A program made the position numbers and the translations under genes. The notes beneath the pieces are model-generated. The model was given only the letters and a program-made list of their open reading frames with translations. It was not told the origin of the DNA and did not search any database. From positions 34,410,001 to 34,474,000 of the forward strand of contig OX597828.1 of the NCBI GenBank assembly GCA_951406725.2: 64,000 nt of DNA. Reading direction: 5' to 3'. This DNA comes from Octopus vulgaris (taxonomy: Eukaryota). This document shows positions 53,680 to 64,000 of the stretch, in pieces. Numbering within the stretch: the stretch's first letter is position 1; each line of letters begins with the position of its first letter.

Positions 53680-53680
53680 G

Positions 53681-53711
<31 letters not shown>

Positions 53712-53720
53712 ATGTATATG

Positions 53721-53767
<47 letters not shown>

Positions 53768-53776
53768 TATATAATG

Positions 53777-53823
<47 letters not shown>

Positions 53824-53921
53824 TATACATCAATGAATGTATATATATATATTGGTTGATAGATAAGGAGATAGATAAATACCCAAACGGGTAGATAGAC
53901 CGATAGATTAACGTTTTGGTG

Positions 53922-53958
<37 letters not shown>

Positions 53959-54195
53959 GTATATATATACGTATATATGCACGTATATATGCATGTATGT
54001 ATGCACGCATGCACACACACATACATATATAGATGGATAAATAGATAGGTAAGTATATACATCTGGGTATAAAACGGGTATAGCTGGGTAGATGGAGAGT
54101 GAGATGGACAAGCATAGATATGACAGAAATGTATTGATAGTGAACTGTGAGAGGGAGAGAGAGAGAGATAAAACGAACTGATATACAGAAAGGAT

Positions 54196-54226
<31 letters not shown>

Positions 54227-54304
54227 TATACACGTATGTATGTATGCGTGTATAGGGATATAGAGGGAGAGAGGAAAGAGGTTAGAATGTGTGGGAATAG
54301 GAGT

Positions 54305-54315
54305 GAAGAGGAAGA

Positions 54316-54348
<33 letters not shown>

Positions 54349-54514
54349 GAAGAGAGATAGAAAGAGAAAGAAAGAGAAAGAAAGAGGGAAAGAGAGAGGA
54401 AGAAAGAGAGTGAAAGAGATTGAGAAAGAGAGTGAGAGAAAAAGTGAGAGAGAAAGAGAAAGAAAGAGAGAGAGAAAAAGAGAGTGAGAGAGAAAAAGAG
54501 AGTGAGAGAGAAAA

Positions 54515-54581
<67 letters not shown>

Positions 54582-54702
54582 AAGAGAAAGAAACAGAGAG
54601 AGAAAGAGAGAGGAAGAAAGAGAGAGAGAGAAAAAGTGAGAAATAGAGAGAAAGAGAAAGAGAGAAAAAGAAATAGATAGAGAGGAAGAGAGACAGAAAA
54701 GG

Positions 54703-54735
<33 letters not shown>
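54305..54735. repeat. (GA)n polypurine tract
   Basis: Seen directly. Confidence 0.92.
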
Positions 54736-55732
54736 ATGTGAGCAAAGGCGATATAGTAAAAATCGAAATTGTGGAGGTAAAAACAGAGGAGGAAGCCAAG
54801 GGGACAGAGGGTGGGTGAAATAGATGTAGGAGGAGGAGGAGGAGGAGGAGGAGGAAAGAATGATAGAGAGAAAGGTAGAGAGAGAGAGAGAGAGAATGAA
54901 GATGAGGAATGGATGGAGGGATGGCGAATGAGAGGATGCTGCGGATTGAGAAGGATGTTGTTCGTGATACTGCACCAAATGTAACAGGCGATATCTAGGA
55001 TGCCGACTAAATCAATAAGAGAGGATTTCTCTCTCTCTGGTAGTCAAGGCAGTAGTACTGATGGTGGTTGAAGTATGGGCAGCAGTAGCAGTAGTAGCGG
55101 TGTAGTTGTAGTTGTCGTAGTAGTAGTAGACTTCATGGTTGTGTGATGGTATGGGTAGTAGCAACAGAAGTGGTACGAGTGTTAGCTGTAGTGGCGGTGG
55201 TGGTGGTGGTGGTGGTAGTGGTAGTTCTGATGGTAGACAGGCAGTGTGGTACTAGCTGTGGCTGTTGTTTTGGTGGTAGTAATGTTCACGGTGTTGGTGG
55301 TATGTATTGTTGTAGTAGAGAGAGGTGTGGTTGTGGTTGTAGCAGTAGCGGTGGTGGTGATAGCAGTGGTGCTAGCTGTGGCTGTTGTTTTGGTGGTAGT
55401 AGTGTTCCTTGTAGTGGAGGATAGTGGTTGTGGCGTTGGTAATGGTGGTGGCTGTAGTAAATATTAGTGGTAGTAGTAGTAGTAGTAGTAGTAATGTTGG
55501 CGATAGTAATCGTCGTGGTAGTGGTAATCGTGGTGATGATGATGATGATGATTATGATGAGGATAATGATGGTGATGATAATCATTAACGATGATGATGA
55601 TTATGTTTATAACGTTGATGCTGCTGCTGCTGCTGATTATGATGATGATTATGATGAAGACGCCGCCGCCGCCGCCGATGATTATGATGGTGGTGGTGGT
55701 GGTAGTAGTGGTGATGGTGTTGATGATGATGG

Positions 55733-55793
<61 letters not shown>

Positions 55794-55954
55794 GATGGTG
55801 GTGGTGGTGGTGGTGGTGATGATGATTACAGTGGCTGAACTAACTGCAATCCACACGTCCAGCCGTCCAGCTGGTGTTCGGTAAGCGCCGAGCTGTTGGG
55901 ATCCACAGCTCTATCGACGATGATTGCAGTCGGTGTACGGGTCTTCTTTTGTGT

Positions 55955-56698
55955 TTTTGTTTCACTTCTTTCAGTTATTGGACTGGGCCATGCTGGGGCA
56001 CCTCTGGGAAGTACTTGTGCACCACCTTGAAATGTGTACTTGAACAAATCGACTCCAGTACTTCATTTTCCGGCCCGTTTTGAGGACCTGTTAAGTTACG
56101 TGGACGTAAACAAACCAGCACCAGTTGTTGAGCAGTAAGAGAGGGACAAATAGACACACACACGCACATGCACGCACGCTCTCTCTCACATACACACGCA
56201 GACACACACATACGCACACATACATACACGCAGAAATACAAACACACTCTTACACACATACACATGCAGACAAACAGACATACACATGCAGACACACTCT
56301 CTCTCTGTCTTTCTCTCTCATACACAGACACAACCATGCACACATCTCACACACATACACACGCATACACACATACACACATACATGCAGACGCACTCTC
56401 ACACACATAAACACACAGAGACACACACGTAGACAAACACACACGCACACTCTTTCACACACACACGCAGACACACAAACACACAGGCACACTCTCTCAC
56501 ACACACATGTAAACACTCACATACATACACACACATATATACGTATATACGACGAAGTTTCACACAGTTTCCGTTTACTAAAATACAGTCGCAAAAGATT
56601 GCTCAACCCAAGTATATATTTCGAAGTCACTTGGTAATATTGAACCCAGAACCACATAGTTGGGAAGGAAACGTCTTAACGACGTCGCCACACCCGCG
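55955..56698 (-). mobile_element. Old SINE family B with expanded internal (CA)n
   Basis: Tail at 55955-56150, head at 56545-56698. Confidence 0.72.
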
Positions 56699-56839
56699 CT
56701 GAGTCGAAGATTCCATTATCCGACTTGTCCTTTCCTTTGAAGGAAGTTGGGTAATTTTTAAGAGATTTGACTGCCATTTCTAATAAATAACTGTACTACG
56801 TAGAGGTCTCTGTATAGTTTGACGGTTTGGACATTTCCG

Positions 56840-57021
56840 TTTACCTGTTTTAGTCGCTGGACTGCGGTCATGCTGGAGCAACACCATCAAGAGTCTTTGT
56901 CAAACAAATTGAGCCCAGCACATGTTTTTGAGTCTGGTACTTATTCTGTCGGTTTCTTTTGCCGAAGCGCTAAGTTACGGGGACATAAAGAAACCAACAT
57001 CTGTTGCAAATGCTGGTGGGA

Positions 57022-57059
<38 letters not shown>

Positions 57060-57236
57060 GTGTATATATGCAACGGTCTTTATTCAGTTTCCAACCGCCA
57101 CATCCAACCAAAAAGGTTTCAGTCGTCCATGTTTTATAGTTAAAGGTACTTGCCTAAAGTGCTACATCGTGGGACTGAACCTAAGACAATGTGGTTGGGA
57201 AGCAACTTTCTTACCCACACAGCCACGTTTGTGCCC
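56840..57236 (-). mobile_element. SINE family B
   Basis: Diverged head and tail. Confidence 0.8.
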
Positions 57237-57315
57237 ATGTTAATTTTTCTCCACTGTCAAATTTATACATGTACGACTTGTTATTGTTGTTGTTGTTTTT
57301 GACGACGACGACGAC

Positions 57316-57346
<31 letters not shown>

Positions 57347-57359
57347 CTGATGATGATGC

Positions 57360-57439
<80 letters not shown>

Positions 57440-57839
57440 TTTATTCTGTTCATCCCAGATAAAGCAGACCACTGGTTAATTTTTCCGTGACCATCCCTTA
57501 TTTTTTCTTTCCAGAAACGGTTAATTCAGGACTACGTCTTCCAATGTGTGCTTTTTAAAAAAAAAACGTTACGGCATGATTTGAAATCTAGCTGCTGCTT
57601 CTAGCAGTTGTTTGACTACGTAAAGACCCCCCCCCACCACCACTCCCGGATAGTCTGTGAGTCCACCGTTGTTCTTTTAAGCTCCAGATCAATCCCGACT
57701 GAACGGAATTATGATGAAGACCATTTTGCTATTTTTTGTTTTTGCCGGGTGCAAAGTAATCCTTTTATAAACCCACCCGTGAACTTGAAAAGTGACATTT
57801 CTATCATATTTCGGTCGTACTTTGAGAATTCTTGGGCGT

Positions 57840-58082
<243 letters not shown>

Positions 58083-58869
58083 ATTGTTTAAGCGAGTTTT
58101 GATGTGTTGTATTCTATCAATTTTGTTAACTCTTTCACCAGGCCCGAATTAAGACCCACAGAGGCCCAAAACCCCTAAAAGATTTTAGTGACCCCATATA
58201 TATATATATATATATATGATAATGTTTATTTTTGTGTACTTCCACTTCATTTATAATTGAAAAGTTTTCTCCTACTTTTTTTTTAATAGCAAAATCTTTG
58301 ATTAGTTCCTCATTATGACACCATAAACACTATGAAATCATATCTTCGATCATATAAACTACTTTGAATATTATTTTAGCAAGTTTAAAGTGATTTCTTT
58401 TGTGCCGTACACCATTTACCATTTCTTTGGTGCCCCCCTCCCTTCCTGAATACCCAAAACATATGCTTACTTTACCCAGCCTTGCCTTTCATTGTCAGTT
58501 AATACTTTCCGATTCTTTTTTTGGGTTACGTTGGAATAGGTTTCTGTGTTGAAATATAAATTGTTTGATCAGCGTTGCAGCCCAAAACATTATTTTCTTT
58601 AATGAAATATTATACGGCGGGGGTGGGGGTGGGGGGTCTGGCCGAGTTGTAAGAACGTTAGAGTTATTGCCGAGCATTATTTTTCCGGCTCCCAACACTC
58701 GACGTTCAAATAGCGTCCAGGTCGACTATACCGGGTATCGATAAATAAGATCCTGTAATGGGGTCGATTCTTCACTTTCGTTCTGTCTGTCTGTCTGCCT
58801 GTATGTCTGCCTGTTTGCCCCTGTTTCTCGAACAAATCGACTGTAGTTTGACCTGCAGAAGCATAGATC

Positions 58870-59480
58870 TTCCATGTCTAAAGATTTTCATGACACATTT
58901 TACATCAAAACGACACCCTTAAGATTCCATCAGTAGTTGAGGGCCCAAGAGCAAGGCAATGACAAAATATCCCGGACTGCTGTGAAGGAGCTGTTAAGTC
59001 TAATTGAGAGTGGTAGGCCTGATTTAGGCATAAGCACAACCTTTGAGGCGGTAGGTCCTATTATACCGTTCATTTGATCATTATCACTTGCCCTTGACTC
59101 CATTTAGAGGAGTTTACTCAGTTGCAAGCATTAGCACCAGATTTCTGGGTTCGGGTAACATGGGATTTGAACGTACAGGTTCTAATTGTACTGACCATTT
59201 AGTAACATCATCGTTATGCAGGTTGAAAAAAATTAACCTTGGAGCTGGGTTGCTTTATGTCATTTCTGTTCAGGCACTTCGGGTTTATATGTCTCTCCTC
59301 TTGTCATCCATGTTGTATTTATCCATCCAAGAACCTCGTACCAAATCACTGTGTCAAGCTGTTCCTTCCAAAAACGCTAGAATATCCTCCCTGCTTCTAT
59401 TTCTTGCAGCAGCCGTCCACTGACAAGAGTTTAAGTGGAAGGTTACAAGCATCGATTTAACATTTCTCGAAGAGAAACTG
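58870..59480 (-). pseudogene. Possible highly decayed LINE (RTE-like) APE endonuclease remnant
   Basis: Only weak frameshifted motifs, e.g. CAYA-/-SGLP resembling SAYAPQxG. Many stops. Confidence 0.2.
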
Positions 59481-59521
59481 CGAAGTCCACAAGCACAAAT
59501 TCTATTTCCATGCCATATAAC

Positions 59522-59960
59522 CGCAGGCATGGCTGCGTGGTTAAGAAGATCACTTTGCAACCACGTGATTTAGGGTTCAGTCCCATTGTGTAGCACATTG
59601 GGCAAGTGTCTTCTACTATAGTCCCGGGCTGACCAAAAACTGGATTTGGAAGATGGAAACTATGTAGAAGCCTCCGCCCTATATATGTGTGTGCGTTTGC
59701 GCGCGCGCGCGCGCGTGTGTGTGTGTATGTCTATTTGTCTGCGTGCCTTTGTGTTTGACCCTTACCACCCTTTGACAACTGTGTTGGTTTGCTTACGTCT
59801 CCGTAACTTAGCGATTCGGCAAAAAAGAACGATGAAATTACTACCGGACTTAAAGAACGTATAGTGGTGTTTGATTTATCCGACAAAACTTTTTAAGGTG
59901 ATGTCCCAAAATGGTTGCCGTCCTAGCACTGAAACCAGTCAAATTTAAAGATAAAAGATA
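59522..59960 (+). mobile_element. SINE family B, diverged full length
   Basis: Head, microsatellite and tail. Confidence 0.82.
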
Positions 59961-60229
59961 TCAATAACAGAAAAAAAAAATGTCTGGTTACTCGACTTGC
60001 TAGAAACAGCAGCCGAATCAGCCTGTTTGAATATACAATTAACAAATCTAATTACTCAGTTTTGCGATTGTAGATATTTCACAGTTGTTATCTTCTTTTT
60101 CGTTTGACGTCAATTTGTTCAGATTCGACATACGCAAAGCACTTGACGAGAGCAGTTAAGGAGAAAAATGCGCGAAATAATAAAATAGTTAAACAATAAA
60201 CGAAGTGGATATATATATATATATATATG

Positions 60230-60299
<70 letters not shown>

Positions 60300-60426
60300 A
60301 TTATATGTATATATGTATATATATGTATGTATGTATATATATACATATATATATATATGTATATACATATATATATATATATGTCTGTGTATATATATAT
60401 TATTTGTCAATTACTCTTCAGAAATA

Positions 60427-60458
<32 letters not shown>

Positions 60459-60758
60459 ACTACTACCAACACCACCACCATCGTCACCACCACAACCATC
60501 ATCACCATCACTACCATCATCACCACCATTACCATCATCATCACCACCATCATCCTCACCACCAGCACCACCACCACCACCCTACTGCCATGATGATCTC
60601 TAACACTATTCCAACAACAATATTCAATATCATTACTATCATCGCTGTCATTGTATTTATCACAAACATCAACACCTTTATAATGATAAGCGCCATCGTC
60701 ATGAGAACCTGCACCAACACGGTTACCGCTGTGGGACATATAGATATGTGTCTGTGTG

Positions 60759-60792
<34 letters not shown>

Positions 60793-60898
60793 CGTGTATA
60801 TGTGTATACATATATATATATATATGAGTGTGTGTATATATTTGTATATACATATATATGTATATATATATATATACACACATATATATATATATGTG

Positions 60899-60957
<59 letters not shown>

Positions 60958-61787
60958 GTACACACACACACACACACATATACACTTTGCTAAAGAGTAA
61001 GTAATGTAGCATATTGTGAACTTTACTTTCTCACAAAAATATTTTCAGTTTCGTGAAGTGAGCAGCGCATGTGTCGACAGGCATTCGAAAAAACTGTGTG
61101 GTAGTCTTCAAACATCCTTAGTTTCCCTCTTCATTCCGATTGAATTAATGACATTTAATTGTTAAAATTATCTTCGCAACGAGGAGAAAATTCATTAGCG
61201 TTAATTGTTGTCAAAGGTAAGGTAGATCTCAAGCCCCAAGTCAGCTCTGATAGAATAGATTTACGTTCAAAGGCGTTCTTAGCTATGGCGATATCGTTCT
61301 GTTCCGTTTTCCTTTTCTGATATCTAATGGCTAGATTATCCAGTCTCCTGCCATTTTTTAAGCAGGCTGGGTCTCAAAATTACATTTACAAAAAACAGAA
61401 CAATATACTTGAAGATACCTTTTCCGAGAATATTATATACATTAAATGTATATAAGTATTTGTATGCGAAATCAACAAAATGAAACCAGATATTAAAATA
61501 TATATATATATAAAGCTACCGTATTTTCCGGCTTACAAGTCGAATTTTTCGGCTCCAAAATTTACCAAAATTTGCAGCCAAAACAAGAAAGAGAAATGAT
61601 AGGTCGACTTACATACCAAGACAACTTTGTCGGACCAAACAGTCCAAGTAAAACGCAGCAGGGTTAGGGAAGACGATAGGGATAATGCGTGACTATGTCG
61701 ACTTGTGTGCCGGAAATACATCAATGATTACAGCTGGCACATTTTGTACCTATTTACACGTTATATCTGTATATATTACTAACGTAT

Positions 61788-62110
61788 GTTCTGTCATTAG
61801 ACCGCGCCCATGCTGGGGCACCGCCTTGAAGAATTTTTAGTCGAATGAATCGACTTCCAGTACTTCTTTTTTTTTTCTTTAAACCTAGTACCTATTCCCA
61901 TCGGTCTCTTTTTTGCCGAACTACTAAGTTACAGGGATGTAAATACACCAACACCGGTTGTCAAGCGGTGTTGGGAGACCAACACTGATGCAAAGACACA
62001 CACACACATGCACGCGCGCATCTGTAAGACAGACTTCTTTCCGTTTCTGTCTACCAAATCCACTGACAAAGTTTTGGTCAGCCCGAAGGTTTAGTAGAAA
62101 AAACTTGTTT
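61788..62110 (-). mobile_element. SINE family B, 5'-truncated
   Basis: CATGCTGGGGCACCGCCTT tail and body. Confidence 0.8.
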
Positions 62111-62397
62111 CTCGTTCTGCTAAAAGTAGATGTGAAATATCCCTAACATTAAATGTTGCTGCCTTTAAAAAGGAAGGATATTGGAATAATGTAGTCCTTG
62201 ATACACTTAGCTTGAAGCTACGATAACCATTCGTCTCGTGTCAACAGAATAAAAATATCCTCGTCAATATTAATAATCGGGATCACGTTACTCGTCGTAA
62301 TCGCCGTCATCGTTATCTTCAATATCTTCAACAGCATCAACATCCTCCTCCTCCTCCTCATCATCATCATCACTAACATCATCATCATCACTATCAC

Positions 62398-62456
<59 letters not shown>

Positions 62457-62476
62457 CTATCACCACCATCATCATC

Positions 62477-62508
<32 letters not shown>

Positions 62509-62535
62509 CATCATCACCATCATCACCATCATCAC

Positions 62536-62566
<31 letters not shown>

Positions 62567-63735
62567 GTCATCGTCATCATCATCATCATCATCATCACCA
62601 TCATCACCATCATCACCATCATCATCATCATCATCATCATCATTGTCGTCATCGTCATAATCTTCTTAGTCGTTATCGTTAATATTATAGTCGGGTGTAC
62701 GTTCGAAGATGGGTAACACACACAAACACACACACCAAAACACACAAACGTACACGCACACATACGAACACATACAAACACATGAGCACATACGAACACA
62801 CACACACACAGACATACACACACATGTATACTTACACACATACACGCACATATAAACATACACATACACACACTAACGAACACACACACGTATACACACA
62901 CGCATACATATACACACACACACACGCGCGCACACACACAAACGTACACACGTATACACACACGTATACACACACGTATACACGCACATACACACATACA
63001 AACGTACGCGTACACACACACACACACACACGCATACTCACATAGGATCGCAAATATACCATTAAATTTTATCTTTGAAAAGATGCTATATGAATGCATT
63101 CTGTAAACGTATACGCGATAAAATATTTATCATATAGAAAAACACTATTACAATTTATTGTACGAAAATGTATCATAAAATGTGCGATAAAAATTTATCA
63201 TGTAAACCGTATATTTTTAATGTATAATGCAAAAGTATAACACAAACCAAAACAAAAAGAAACCAAAAAATAAAAAAGGAAACACGAAACTGCAGAAAAG
63301 CAGTAGAAATCGTGCAAAATATGATGGAAGTATATAAAAGAATGATTAACCAACGCACAGCTCGAATATCGTTATACAAATGGTGTGTATTTATAGTATA
63401 TTCTGTTAAACTGTTATTCTTTTATTTGTTTCAGTTATTGGACAACGGCCATGCTGGAGGTAAATTGCATGAAAAATTTAGTCAGACAAATCAACATCAG
63501 CACTTATTTGCTTGACGTCTAGAAAATATTGCATCAGTCTGATGATTATACCGAATCGCTAAGTCAGTTGTGGGAACGTGAAGATAAATTCACCGGTTGT
63601 CAGATGGTGGCATATGAGACAAACACAAATAGATATATTTCGAACTCAGAACAAAAGAACTGGAAGGAATGCTGCTAAGCACAAGGCCTAAAATTTTTTG
63701 TTGGGTGTGGGTTAGTGGATTAAATCGATCTCCTC

Positions 63736-64000
63736 GCTCAACTGGTGCCTCGCTGCTCAACTGGTGCCTCATTGATCAACTGGTGCCTCATTGCTAAACT
63801 GGTGCCTCATTGCTCAACCGGTGCCTCGTGTATCAACTGGTGCCTCGTTGCTCAACTGGTGCCTCATTGCTCAACTGGTGCTTCATTTCTCAGCTGGTGC
63901 CTCATTTATCAACTTCTGCCTCATTGCTCAACTGGTGTCACATTGCTCAACTGGTACCTCATTGCTCAACTGGTGCCCCATTTATCAACTGGTGCCTCGT
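63736..64000. repeat. 19-bp minisatellite (GCTCAACTGGTGCCTCATT)n arising within a family A SINE
   Basis: About 14 contiguous units to the window end. Preceded by family A tail sequence GCACAAGGCCT.AAATTTT (63679-63698). Confidence 0.9.

Noticed and set aside
53414-54978. 461-aa and 356-aa ORFs
   Set aside because: Run through (TA)n, (CA)n and (GA)n tracts; low-complexity artefacts.
63736-64000. CRISPR-like regular repeat
   Set aside because: Units are contiguous without unique spacers, there are no cas genes, and the context is eukaryotic SINE sequence.

Overview
Eukaryotic, gene-free window that is dense in repeats. Its SINE families look like those of octopus (coleoid cephalopod) genomes; that assignment is an inference from memory, not a search result. 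No intact host protein-coding gene is visible, and nearly all long ORFs in the track are microsatellite translations. The window holds many microsatellites, at least five tRNA-derived SINE families, truncated LINEs (Tx1, Dong/R4, CR1 group), a Penelope-like GIY-YIG fragment and decayed DNA transposons (mariner, DD37D/maT, hAT MITEs, Helentron-like elements). Three signals stand out. (1) Minimal type I hammerhead ribozyme motifs occur in at least four element families. These include a tRNA-headed SINE carrying a hammerhead, which may be Penelope-mobilised, and a head-to-head double-hammerhead fold-back at 27.4-27.7 kb. (2) All four copies of a Tx1 LINE sit in (ATCT)n/(GATA)n tracts. (3) Two SINE-LINE 3'-tail matches can be read directly from the window. 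Repeat boundaries are by eye and approximate (about 10-20 bp).
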